NCBI RefSeq assembly: GCF_964355755.1
Contig: NC_092676.1
Coordinates: 11,261,888-11,325,887, forward strand
DNA length: 64,000 bases
Source of the DNA: Antedon mediterranea
Taxonomy: Eukaryota > Animalia > Echinodermata
Direction: 5' to 3'
A program made the position numbers and the translations under genes. A model generated the notes under the pieces. That model worked only from the letters and a program-made list of their open reading frames with translations. It did not search any database and was not told where the DNA came from. Of the stretch, positions 1 through 12,051 are shown piece after piece; position 1 is the first letter of the stretch; every line of letters begins with the position of its first letter.

Positions 1-1820
1 TAACTATTTCAATAACCTCTTCTTCATTCGTAGGATTGAAAAATATAGATTGGGATTGACTCTCTTTCATATATTGTTTAAAGTCAGAATTGTTTACATT
101 TGGTATTTTGTTTGCTAATTCATTTCCAATGTTGGAGAAGAAGTCATTAAAAGCGTCAGACATACCTTTTGGATCACATACCAAAGTTTTATTACTATGG
201 TTAATTACCTCGTTTGGCCTAACACTCGATTTTTTTCTATTTAGAACTTCATTTAAAACTTTCCATGTTTGCTTTGAATCGTGTCGAGCCGCATCCAGTT
301 TTTTGGAATAATATTGTTTTTTCCGAATTCTAATTAAATGAGTTAATTTGTTTTTATACTTTTTATATATTTGTTTTAATAATTGTGTTGGGTTTTTAAG
401 GTATTTTTTATAAAGTTTATTTTTCTTTTTTATTGAAATCAAAATTCCTGTTGTGATCCATGGGTTTTTCTTTGTATTACCATTTGGCTTATTACTTTTT
501 TTAGGTATGTTATTATCTATGAGATTGGATAGTTTTTTTAATAAATAGGTTATATGATGTATTGGTATCTGTGCATAAATATAGTTCACCCCAAACCTCA
601 TTAGAAATAGCAATAAGCAAGTTATTTAATGTTGTATCATTAATTATTTTTTGTTTTGTAATTGGAGCTTGTGTGTTAGTATTTAATGACAGGTGTGTTG
701 TCATGAAAATGGGCAGATGATCGGTCTCCACAATGCGAAATGTTATCATCATTTGTAATAATATTATCTAAAATTGTAGCAGAAGACGATGTTATTCTGG
801 TGGGTAAGTTAATTAATGGATTAAAAGATGTTGAGTAAATAATGTTTGTGAATTCCTGTGTTGTTTTTTGAATGTCATATTTTAATAAGTCTTGATTAAA
901 ATCTCCTAAGATATAGCAGTTTTTGTTTTCGCGATTAAGTTTATGTAAGATTTCTTCCAGATCAGAGTTAAATGAGTTGACGTTTGAATTTGGTGGTCGA
1001 TACAACATACCTACAATAGTATTTTTGCCGTTTGTGTTTATTATTTCTAGAAAAATTGAATCAATGGAGTTATCATTAAATACAAAATCATTACGTGTTA
1101 AGGTGTTGATTTGTTCTTTTAAATATAGACAAACTCCACCACCGACTCTACCTTCTCTATTACAGGTGTACATATTGTATCCATTGATATTTAATAAGTC
1201 AATTGGCCTGTTCTTATTTATCCAGGTTTCCGAGAAACCAAGTACATCAAACGCACGACCTATGGTATCTAACAGAATGCTAATTTCGTCGGAAGTGTTT
1301 TGGAAGACTACGTGCATTCATGTGTAACGTTGTAAAGATACCATTGTTATCAATTTCCGTCTGTAGCTCATTAAGTTGTGTTGGAGTGAAATATTTGCAT
1401 AAACCAGCCTCGTCACTTTCAAAGCAATCTATGGAATGTGTAGGACTCAATTTATTTTCATATTGAGTCGTGCTCATAAAGTAGTATTGGAAAAAAGAAC
1501 AAAATACAATCAATTCACCAAAGCTTTTAAGCAAAATGGCGTTCAACTAAATGACTAAAAACCAGCAGGTTAGCAATACAATAATTAAAAAAAAACACAC
1601 ACCAAACAATTAATGCAGTCTATAATTTATACAATAGTTAAAATTCTGGTTTCAGGGCAAAAACAAGAAATCTCACAATTTCACATTCAATGTAATACCA
1701 CACGGTAAGTTAGGTGGAATGCAGTTTGTTGAGATCGGAAAATTTTGTTACGACAATCTTCTTATTATTCTTAGTTAGTACATGTATGCGTCCATCTTGG
1801 GTCCAGACTGCGGTCAAGGC
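1..1820 (-). mobile_element. Degraded CR1/L2-type non-LTR retrotransposon: ORF1 C-terminus plus APE endonuclease region of ORF2, running off the left edge
   Basis: ORFs 1280-1546, 676-1317 and 513-752 give APE motifs (LHMNARSL, FSETW, GGGV, YRPP, LGDFN, PTRIT..LDNI, TDHLPIF) across frameshifts. The minus strand at ~1715-1820 reads LTAVWTQDGRIHV, typical of an ORF1 C-terminus. Confidence 0.85.
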
Positions 1821-2970
1821 GGAATTATGCTGGGTTTTGATGGTTCATCATCAACATAATTGAAGCACTTTGACAAATATTTAGTCAATGGGGTCTTCCA
1901 CAAATCGTAGTTTCGGATAATGGAAGTCAGTTTACGGGTTCAGAATTTAAGGATTTTATGAAAGCATAAGTATTCATAATTATTCATGTCCAGGTCATCC
2001 GGCTACTATGGTCAGGCTGAGAGATTCGTTCAAACAATGAAACAAGGTTTGAAAGCCGCAATTGATGATAAATGTTCGATTCAAACATGATTAAGTAAAT
2101 TTCTTTTAGCATACAGAAACGCTGAACACAGTGTAACAAAACAATCACCTGCTCAATTGTTTGTAAAGAGACAGCTGAGAACAAGATTAGATTTACTTAG
2201 ACCTAATGTTAATATAACAGTTAGAGATCACCTACATAAAGAGATGGAAAAATCTAATAAGAAAATGAGAAGTTTTGTTGTAAATGATAAAGTATATGTA
2301 AGAGATTTAAGAAAGGAAGGGAGTCACAAAATTAAAGGGCTCCAGGAATCATAGTTTAGAAGAAAGGTCCATTAAAATATATTGTTAAAGTGGGATCATA
2401 CACATGGAAAAGGCATACAAATCAAATCAGATCTAGAATGGCTGATGTTTCAGAAACCGAGACCGGTAATCTGGAGGATTTGTTAGACCAATTGCTTGAT
2501 GATGTTATTTCAGAAAGTAAAGTAATAAATGACAAAGTTACGGTAGTACCGGAAAAGTCCACAAGGACCCTAGCACCAGTGCGAAGGTCAAATAGAATTA
2601 GAAAAGAAAGAATGAGATTAATTGAAGAATGTTATCTAGGAAACGGGTAGAAGAATTAGTAGTGAAGAAAGAAACAGTCACAGTATAAGATAGGAGAATT
2701 AACAGAATGATGTTTTATGGAATGATGAAAAGATTGTTTAAAACATTCTGAAAATGTTTTTGTTGAAATAGTTAAAACAAAAAAACATAACTCGTGCAAA
2801 TTTATTTCAGAAGATAACTTTTAATTAACAAGGGAGAATGACAAGTATTTACACTTGATTATAATATTGTAATGTGATCTTTGACACAAAACCGAATAAA
2901 CGGCCTCACGAACCCGAACGAGCATGTATGACTTGAATGATATGATATTCTAAAGTCTCAAAACATGTCA
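1821..2970 (+). mobile_element. Gypsy LTR retrotransposon 3' fragment: integrase core/C-terminus, polypurine tract and 3' LTR
   Basis: Frameshifted integrase motifs (FSQWGLPQIVVSDNGSQF, GQAERFVQTMK, SPAQLF..RQLRTRLDLLRP, WKRH.NQ, RRS.R). Purine tract AAGGGAGAA lies directly before TGACA at 2839. Confidence 0.85.
2839..2970 (+). repeat. Short (132 bp) 3' LTR
   Basis: TGACA...TGTCA terminal inverted repeat, internal AATAAA, follows the purine tract. Confidence 0.7.
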
Positions 2971-3123
2971 CTACACTAGCATTTAAATGCTAGTGGGTGA
3001 ATGCTACACTAGCATTCGAATGATAGTGGGAGAATGCTACACTAATACTATGCAAACTAGTGAGCAAATTACATGTTAGCAGGAAAATGCTACATAGCAT
3101 TATGCTACAGTATTGTAATAGGA
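2971..3123. repeat. Array of ATGCTA/TAGCAT motifs, probably the remnant end of a DNA transposon
   Basis: Repeated ctacactagcatt...atgctagtg motifs. No partner end is visible. Confidence 0.35.
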
Positions 3124-3616
3124 ATTCAGGGTTGCAACAAATCAAGTTAAAACTCTCATCAGACTACAGTATGTTATGATGTTAAACTAGGACCTAAAAT
3201 AAAAGGCAATTCAACACAATATTCAGACATTTTAAGTACAAGGCCTTTTTACTTTAATTGTTTTGATATATTAATAAGATGCTTCATTTATCATCTAATG
3301 GGGTAAGGACGTTACCTCGCTAAGGTCTTATGTCCCACATAACTTACAAGTTATATTATAACAATTATAAAAGAGCTTTATATTTTTGAATGTATACTTA
3401 AGAGTATGTTTTAGTAAAGAAAAAAGATTTTCCATTTTATTTTATTAGCAATCTATCATTTTCATATTTTACAACAATTGATTACTGATATAATTTTATC
3501 TTTGAATTATGTAAATGTTTTGAAATTTAAAGCATGCTCCATGGATATTTATCAGTTCCAATACAAGAAACAACCACCCTCTTTGGTATTAATAAAATAA
3601 ACACAAAACTAATTAC

Positions 3617-3936
3617 CATTTATGCTTGAATTTACAATAGCATCTTGTACAGCTTGAGGCACAATCTCAATTCCAATCACTTTCTGAACACTCTTAGAAA
3701 GATATAAACCAATAGTCCCTGTCCCACAATACAAGTCCAGTAGCAATATTTCCTTTTCACTATTTGCAATGGCAAGTTCTTGAATCGTTGAATATAAAAC
3801 CTCAGCACATTTTGTATTTGGCTGGAAGAATGCGAGTGGTGAGATCCGGAAAGTAAGATCATGGAGTTTCTCATGTATGTATTGTTCACCAAATAGCAGC
3901 TCAATAGAATCATCATCATATGTCTTTGTTTTTGAA
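3617..3936 (-). CDS. TRMT2B: TRMT2B-like exon E (SAM-binding region)
   Basis: FRISPLAFFQPNT and LLDLYCGTGTIGL..VIGIEIV..AVQDA of TrmA/RlmD-family methyltransferases. CAG acceptor, GTAATT donor. Later exons (DPPR motif) are not in the window. Confidence 0.92.
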
Positions 3937-4079
3937 CTGAAATTAATGGAATTAAGGAAGATCACTGATCACAACAAATTCTGATAATAATGTGATGCAA
4001 GGCCTACTGTAATGAGTTTCTTTTTCTTATTACTGGCAAGAAATACCTTTTTGTTGATGGTGATATCATTTCTACTAAC

Positions 4080-4315
4080 CTGCATTGTAAATACAGTGAT
4101 GATAAACTGCCTGGGTTGAATTTCAGAAAGAAGTTCTTAAGATCTTCCTTATAAGCATTTAACTGAAAAGTGTTCAAGCCTTTTGGATTAAGTTGTGCAA
4201 TGGCCATTGTGTTTCCTGCTACATTAGTCCGAACAGCACACCCTCCTAAGTGGCCATCACCATAAAAATCCCTCATCACATCAAGAGAACATTGTCTTAT
4301 AAATTCCTGATACAA
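4080..4315 (-). CDS. TRMT2B: TRMT2B-like exon D
   Basis: LYQEFIRQ..VRTNVAGNTMAI..LSSLYLQC. TAG acceptor, GTTAGT donor, phase 0 to 2. Confidence 0.9.
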
Positions 4316-4528
4316 CTAGACAACATTTTTTTAATTAGTGAACCGAATAATTGGTTATAAGAATAAATATTAAAATTTTAAATGCTAATAGTCTCTTTAT
4401 TAATACTGATGGAATAAAAACAACCCACTGACAACAATTACCTACAGTAATTCTCTGTAGGTATATAGATTGTTCATATTCATTGTTCAGATTATATATG
4501 TTTTTGAACATAGTATTATTCAGCTTAA

Positions 4529-4870
4529 AGGGGACCTGAAGTGAAAACCTAATCTGAATATGCTTATCATGTTGGAGACATTGATTATCGTAATGCGACC
4601 ACACTTTTATTTAAGACAATTAAGAAAATGTTTTATTTCTTGATTATATGCCAGAATACTGCATGTCTTTGCGATTAAGATTGTATTGAATTGTGAGGGC
4701 CTTTTCGTGATGTCATAAAATCATTGTCCAATCAGATGTCTTCTTTGTTAATTACCTAATAACTGTTTATTAATTAATGAAAGCTCATTTTGTACAAAAA
4801 CAAGTTACAATCTTTAATTTATATATGTTTACAGTACGTAATTCAAAAATTTATTAATTCAAGTCTCCCT
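4529..4870. mobile_element. Kolobok-like MITE
   Basis: TTAA|AGGGGACCTGAA ... TTCAAGTCTCCCT|TTAA. Confidence 0.65.
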
Positions 4871-4909
4871 TTAAGTTGAATAAAGTGGTACAAAATGTAA
4901 AGAATTTTA

Positions 4910-5070
4910 GGCCGTGTTTCTGCAGCCAAAAAATAATCGTAATTAAATCATTCAAATCAGATAATTTGGTTGTTCGGTAATGTCTGATGAAGCGCACTTT
5001 ATTTTTTTAATTATCTGATTGGTAAAAAAATATCAACAGATAATTTTGTTATGATTGCTGAAACATGGCC
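4910..5070. mobile_element. Short Harbinger/Tourist-like MITE
   Basis: Imperfect TIRs GGCCGTGTTTCTGCA / TGCTGAAACATGGCC. TSD imperfect. Confidence 0.5.
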
Positions 5071-5769
5071 CTAGAAAGTTGCTTTGGTTTCTAGAAATGG
5101 ATATGGTTGGTAAAATTTAATTTATTTATAAAATTGATCCAACGATTGTACAGTATTGGTAGTATACAAAAGCATTTCAAAGCTTAAGGTTGGCAGCAGC
5201 AACCGCAGGACAGGACGCAAAAAAGCTCTAAAACCACACAAATGATAATTCAAATTAACAATTTTCTTTGTGCTAAGGATAGAAATAATGTAGTTTGCAG
5301 ATTTTATAACATGTTTTGTTTCATTCTTTAAGTTGTTGAATCATAGAGCTATTCAATTATGTTTGGTGCCCCCATTTATCTCGCTCTCTCTGCCAAGCCA
5401 AAAGCAGCTGAATGCAAATTTCCAGAAACTTAAGCCTGGTTTCCATTAAATCGCTACACTGTCGCTATGACAATCGCTACGTCGTAACGCTGTACCCGAT
5501 GCAATTGGGAAGGCTCCCCAATTCATAGCATTCAAATCGGCAAAGTTCAACCAGGTTCAACCTTGCCGATTTGTCGGGGACAAATCATAACTATTAGCCA
5601 ACACACGCTGAATATCAGTCGACGTCACTCACAGCGGGAATCTGATTGGCTGTTTTTTCCATCATCATACACGATCCACACAACATCGCGATGATGATGG
5701 CAGAGACAAACAATTTCGACCTGTCTCTTCTTAATGAAGTCAGGGAATTTCGTCAAAAGAACTACGACA

Positions 5770-8700
5770 AGTTTGACTTTAGTAGCTAGATCCACTTTCG
5801 TATGCACTTTGAGGTCCAAAGAATTTGACTTCAGAAATTGGTTTAGGATGGTCAAACAATCATTTTTGACTTGGTTACACATTTTGAAAATGTCAAAAGG
5901 TGCGAAAGGTCAAAAGTTCAGGGTGAAAGATAACACCAAACACCAATAGGTCCTTAAGACTCGACAACCACTGGTCACAGCAAGGTAATTTTAGTCTCAA
6001 AATGTTGAGAAGACATGCATTCATATTCAGTCTAATACCCACATACCAGGGCATCTTTATATCTATGTATAAGTACTGGTCATAGAAAGTTAAATTTGGT
6101 ATCAAATTGTTATAAATATACATATTTACATTCATTCTAACAGAAAATTTGGTTAAAAGATGATCAGAAATACTATTAATTACTAATGTTTCAAACAAAA
6201 AACATATCTCTACACAACTTATTCTTAGACAGTATAAATGTTAAATAACTGATGCTTTAAATGGTTTCATTATAGGAATTACAAATCCTCTACTGTTTGT
6301 AATTGTACTTTTGCCGATCAAACATTGATAGAAACGTCGAACTCAACAGTTCTTTTCAGAATGCGAGAAATAACCGTATTTATCCGAATAAACGCCCCGG
6401 GCATTTATTGTTCAGAGGGGTGTTTAGGGGGAGGGGTGCTTATTCGGTGGAGGCATTTATTTTTTTTTGGTGTAATATGGTAACATGTATAATCAAATAA
6501 ATACACCATAGATATAAAAAATACAACACAATTAATATCATAATAAGAATAACTGGATTAAACATCCTTCCGGGTGCAAGTACAATCATGATATTGAAAA
6601 GGTATCGGAGACAACTATAATAGACCAATTCATTGTCATCAATCTTCTGCATAATATTTTTGAATGTCACCGACAAATTATCGTCTGTTCCCAGTGTACA
6701 TAATAAAACAACATATATTTCTGGAGATTTATTATCAATACCACTAGAAACTTAGGTTTTTTTACTTTTTAAGTTCTAAATGCATTGACAATAAAAGCAT
6801 CAGAAATGTATTTTAAAATCATGTTATAGATCATGATAAAATCATACTACAACACACAGTACACACAGGTGTTTTCACGAAAGCTGGACATATTGTACAA
6901 TAGTAATGAAACTATGTATTGACATATGCAAAAGACAGTGTTGATTGTTGACAAATTGTAGTGACAAACAAACAGATGATAGAATGAAGATCCATATGAC
7001 CAATTGTGTAATCGTGTCTCATAATGTGTCATTGTTTTATATTATTATACTGGCACCTGGAGTCAATTCGTTAAATGGAGCCTGTGACAGTGTCACTTTT
7101 TTTCTAAAAGACAGAAACATTTTGTTACAAAAGCATAAAGAGGAAAATGAATCATGTAAAGTACCTTTTATAAGTGAGAAACGAATTATATATCATTATT
7201 AAAATTAGAGTATTTATTCAAATAAACACCCGCTTTGAATAAAACCCTCCCTCAATAAACGCTCCCTTCGATTTAAACGTCCCGCCACATGCATAAACAC
7301 AACAAGGCCATATATATGGCTGCAGTCGCGTGCTCCAAGTTGAGTTAGTGTTTACCGACCAACCGTCCGACATAGTGAGCTGTAGAGTCATGTTGCACGC
7401 GACTAATAATTGTATCACAACACATTTCACTGACTACCAAAATCAATTTACAATTTACCAAGCATTTTTGTTATCACTTTTTAATATTAATTGTGCTGTA
7501 TTTTTTCACGCTGCTGCTCTAGCCCGCGACGTCACAAGAGATGACTCCTTTATTAGATGAAAGCAAGCAGCAGTTATAGTACTAGACACTGACATTTTTG
7601 CAAAAAAGGATTCTTGACTATAATCTATAGGTACCAGCTGCTGGACCCAAAAAAACGTCTGGGAAAAGAGTCTAACGGTTGAATGACAAATCCCAAAGCA
7701 TTTCTGGTATTTTTTAGTCCCATGATATTATATAATACTGTAATTCGCTGTCAGATAATCATTGAATTATTATCAAAACAGTCAATGAAAGTTTTTGTTT
7801 GTAATAGGATAAACTAAATTGAGTATGTGTTTCATATCAAAGTTATTCACGTCTGTAACAAAATTCACATATAAAAAGAGAAAAGAAACGTTTAATTATA
7901 ACTCAAAAACCATTGTCTGACAGACAATTTAAGTATTTTTTGGCTTTAAATTACATTTTTTTCAGGTAAAATAACTATTATGTGACAATAAAATGACACA
8001 TTCAAAAACAAATTTGAAACAAAAAATATTTTTCAGAGGGACAATATATCTTTAAAACTGTTACGTCAATAAGCGAGCAGCGTTTTTTGTAAGAAATATT
8101 TCTTGTTTATATCTACTGTAGTTAGTACTGTATTTATTTGATTAAACATGTTACCATATTACACCAACAAAAAATAAAGCCGCCCACTAACAACCCTTCT
8201 GAACAATAAATGCCCGGGGCGTTTATTAGGATGAATTCAGTAAGTTACTTCTAGAATTCTGAAAAGAATTCTGTTGGGCTCGACGTTTCTATCAAAATGT
8301 TTGATCGTCCTCAGAAGTTAACAATACTTTCTAGCATATTATATTATAAGCAAAAATACAATTACATTTCTGATCATTTTTGACTAAAATTGCATATTAG
8401 ACTGAATACGAATGCATGCCTTCTTATAATAACCTTTCACCCTGACCTTTCGCCACATTTTCAAAATGTGTAACCAGGCCAAAATTTATTGTTTGACCAC
8501 CCTAAACCAAATTCTCTGTGCATACGAAAGTTGATCTAGCTACTAGAGTAAATTGTATTTTTGCTTATAATAATGCTAGAAAGTATTGTTGACATCCGAG
8601 GACGATCAAACATTTTGATAGAAACATAGAGAAACAATCGATAAAAAATGCTTGGTAAATTGTAGATTATGGTAGTCATTTATATATGTTGTGATACAAT

Positions 8701-8905
8701 TATTAGTTGTGTGCAACGCGACTCTACAGCTCACTATGTTAGTCGGTCGGTTGGTCGGACGGTAAACAGTAACTCAAATTTGAGCATGCAGCCATGGCCT
8801 TGTTGTGTATACTGTATGCATGTGGCGGGGCGTTTAAATCGAAGGGAGGGGGAGCGTTTATTCGAGGGAGGCTTTTATTCAAAGCGGGTGTTTATTTGAA
8901 TAAAT
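5770..8905. repeat. Old rearranged inverted-repeat complex, with a further copy at ~12340-12620
   Basis: ~5775-6510 mirrors ~8130-8550 and 12340-12620; ~7214-7470 mirrors ~8640-8905. Includes pogo/Tc1-like termini (CCGTATTTATCCGAATAAACGCC at 6373, inverse ending 12470) and hammerhead-like remnants. Confidence 0.6.
8278..8317 (-). ncRNA. Degenerate hammerhead motif of another repeat group (relatives at ~6314-6342 +, 8591-8632 +, 12506-12546 -)
   Basis: ctt-CTGAGGA-cgatca-aacattt-tgata-GAAA-cg-TC-gag. The stem II closing pair is mismatched. Confidence 0.5.
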
Positions 8906-9278
8906 AATAAGTAATTTTAACGTAATTATCGTGTCCCTGTCATTAAACATATAAAATCCAGCAAATTCTCGAGTATGATGATTTTTACTGTAATTTTGGT
9001 GATTCGGCTCCTCAAAGAAGACGAATTATTATTTATTCGCCCTACCTGATAAAATTATTATTATTAATGTAGACTTATTGATGGAAATTAATGTTATGAC
9101 CTAGGCCTAAGTGAATATTTTATTATTCAAGGAATCATTAATTAGTAATTACTCTTTGCAAGGTAAAGTTAATGCAACGTCTATTAGGCAGGCTATGATT
9201 GAAAATGTTCATCTGGTTTGTAGGTATAAGTATATTGAAAATATTCTTTTTTCCAAACCAATAATTAGTAAAAACTAA

Positions 9279-9322
9279 CCTTGACAGTTTCGCTGTCCTG
9301 ATCGGACAGCTTCTTCAGAAAT
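9279..9322 (-). ncRNA. Hammerhead motif, copy created by the 735-bp duplication
   Basis: Identical to 10014-10057. Confidence 0.8.
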
Positions 9323-10013
9323 AATGACGATCTATCATCAAACAGACTGACCTCTAGAGGGCCTATTCTGTTTAATGACTGGGTCATTGTTAAATTGTAG
9401 ATTATGGTAGTCATTTATATATGTTGTGATACAATTATTAGTTGTGTGCAACGCGACTCTACAGCTCACTATGTTAGTCGGTCGGTTGGTCGGTCGGTAA
9501 ACAGTAACTCAAATTTGAGCATGCAGCCATGGCCTTGTTGTGTATACTGTATGCATGTGGCGGGGCGTTTAAATCGAAGGGAGGGGGAGCGTTTATTCGA
9601 GGGAGGCTTTTATTCAAAGCGGGTGTTTATTTGAATAAATAATAAGTAATTTTAACGTAATTATCGTGTCCCTGTCATTAAACATATAAAATCCAGCAAA
9701 TTCTCGAGTATGATGATTTTTACTGTAATTTTGGTGATTCGGCTCCTCAAAGAAGACGAATTATTATTTATTCGCCCTACCTGATAAAATTATTATTATT
9801 AATGTAGACTTATTGATGGAAATTAATGTTATGACCTAGGCCTAAGTGAATATTTTATTATTCAAGGAATCATTAATTAGTAATTACTCTTTGCAAGGTA
9901 AAGTTAATGCAACGTCTATTAGGCAGGCTATGATTGAAAATGTTCATCTGGTTTGTAGGTATAAGTATATTGAAAATATTCTTTTTTCCAAACCAATAAT
10001 TAGTAAAAACTAA

Positions 10014-10057
10014 CCTTGACAGTTTCGCTGTCCTGATCGGACAGCTTCTTCAGAAAT
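10014..10057 (-). ncRNA. Hammerhead motif, inverted pLTR copy
   Basis: Reverse complement of 12008-12051. Confidence 0.8.
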
Positions 10058-10219
10058 AATGACGATCTATCATCAAACAGACTGACCTCTAGAGGGCCTA
10101 TTCTGTTTAATGACTGGGTCATACACGTGACTGAGTTGTTTACACAATCGCTTACACAATTCAACACAGTTCTGCATAATTCTGATGGTAATCCTAATTT
10201 AGGAGGTGCATATCTTAAA

Positions 10220-11992
10220 AAATGGGTCGTAAATCTCTCCAAGTACAAGTTGACAAACTCACAATCGAGCGTGTTAGCAAAAGGCTTAAATTTTGCACCG
10301 TCACCAAGCAAAATACCAGTGGACGACTACATTGTAGCGACCGAATACGCCTGCAGCAAAATCAGAGGCAACAACACAGCTAGTCTCCGGTCACGCATGG
10401 CTAACATTCTCCGTAGTGCTAAAACACCGAAGCCTAACATCACGAAGGAAGAACGCAAAGCTATTTCCTACGGTAGAAAACATCCCTCGTATTTATGCTA
10501 CACCTAAGATACACAAAGAAGGTAAAAAAGTTAGACCTATTGTGGACTATACAGGATCCATAGCATATCAAACCGCTAAAGCCGTTGCTGATATTCTCCC
10601 CCTTAGTAGGAAGCACACAACATCACATAAACAACTCAAAACATTTAGCTCAAGAACTTACGGAAGTCATGATAGAGGAGGATGAAATTTTCAATTCCCA
10701 TGATGTTGTTTCTCTGTTTACCAACATTCCAATAGAAGATTCCCTGACCGTCATAACATCTCGACTACAAGAGGATAATGACCTAAAAACAGAACACTAT
10801 ATAGATGACATCATGGAGTTATTAAAGTTCGTCCTAACTACCACCTATTTTACATTCCGAGGGATTATTTACCAACAAAGATTTGGGGTAGCCATGGGGA
10901 GCCCAGTCTCTCCCATTGTAGCGAACCTGTATTAAGAATTTCTAGAACAGAAAGCTATAGCGTCAGCACCCTTAGAATGTAAACCTCGGTTATGGAAACG
11001 CTACGTGGATGACGTTCTTGAAATTGTTAAACAAGACCAAGTTGAAAATCTCACACAACATCTCAATTCATCTGACCCAGCTGGCACCATAAAGTTCACC
11101 TATGAGAAAGAATATGAAAACAAGATCCCTTTCCTCGATTCTCTCATCATTAGAAAACCAGATGGATCTGTCAAACTTCTAGTATATAGAAAACCGACAC
11201 ATACGGACCAGTACCTACATTTTGATTCCCACCATCCTGTACATCAAAAACTGGAAATAATCAGAACACTATTTGACCGTATGAATTCCATTGTCACTAT
11301 GGATGCAGATCGTAATACAGAGGAGGCCAATATAACATCAGCCCTTTCCTAAGTGACCTAAGTGGTCATTCAACCAAGTAAAGAAAAAAATGAAAGAAAA
11401 TAAAAAAGTAACATCCAAGAAGAAAGAAAACACCATGGAAAGCAAAGGATTTGTCGTCGTCCCTTACGTAGCAGGTCTTTCGGAGCGAGTTAGTAAAGTT
11501 TTTAAGGAGTTTGGCATCAACACAGCTATGAAACCCCACACTTCATTACGCCAACTACTTGTCCACCCAAAAGACCAAGTTGACAAATTGAAAGTGGCTA
11601 ATTGCGTCTACGAAATCTCATGTTCTAATTGTGATCACACCTACATTGGAGAAACGGGTCGTTGTTTTGGCACAAGGTTAAAAGAACATAGAAAAGAAAC
11701 AGAAAAGATAACCCAACAGAGAAAGAACTTCACTCGTCAATCACATAGAGAATCAAAAAATGAACTGAGCAAATCAGCTATAGCAGATCATGCCGTCAAG
11801 TTAAATCACATAATAGACTGGACACAACCTAAAATCATCAACAGGAAACCAGTTACAAACAACCGACACATCAGAGAAGCCATCTGGATCCGCAGACGAG
11901 GAAACCAAATCATCAACAGAGTCGAGGGCACCCACCAACTCAGTCACGTGTACGACCCTGTCATTAAGCCCTCTAGAGGTCAGTCTGTTTGA
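10220..11992 (+). pseudogene. Penelope RT/GIY-YIG ORF with deletions, frameshifts and stops
   Basis: Split over ORFs 10127-10507, 10416-10685, 10585-10935, 11005-11352 and 11390-11992. Confidence 0.9.
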
Positions 11993-12007
11993 TGATAGAT
12001 CGTCATT

Positions 12008-12051
12008 ATTTCTGAAGAAGCTGTCCGATCAGGACAGCGAAACTGTCAAGG
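12008..12051 (+). ncRNA. Minimal type I hammerhead ribozyme motif in the Penelope pLTR
   Basis: CTGAAGA-a-GCTGTCC-gatca-GGACAGC-GAAA-ctg-TC: canonical core, 7-bp stem II, vestigial stem III. Confidence 0.8.

Larger units (their letters stand above)
8656..10122 (+). repeat. 735-bp tandem duplication, near-identical copies
   Basis: 8656-9387 repeated at 9391-10122; the ORFs at 8669 and 9404 differ by one residue. Confidence 0.95.

Noticed and set aside
923-1327. Antisense ORFs over TE coding regions (also 24519, 51514, 53621)
   Set aside because: Shadow frames of genuine opposite-strand coding sequence.
5432-5760. Harbinger-like terminus AGCCTGGTTTCCATT and ORFs at 5625-6198
   Set aside because: No partner TIR found; ORFs lack recognisable motifs.
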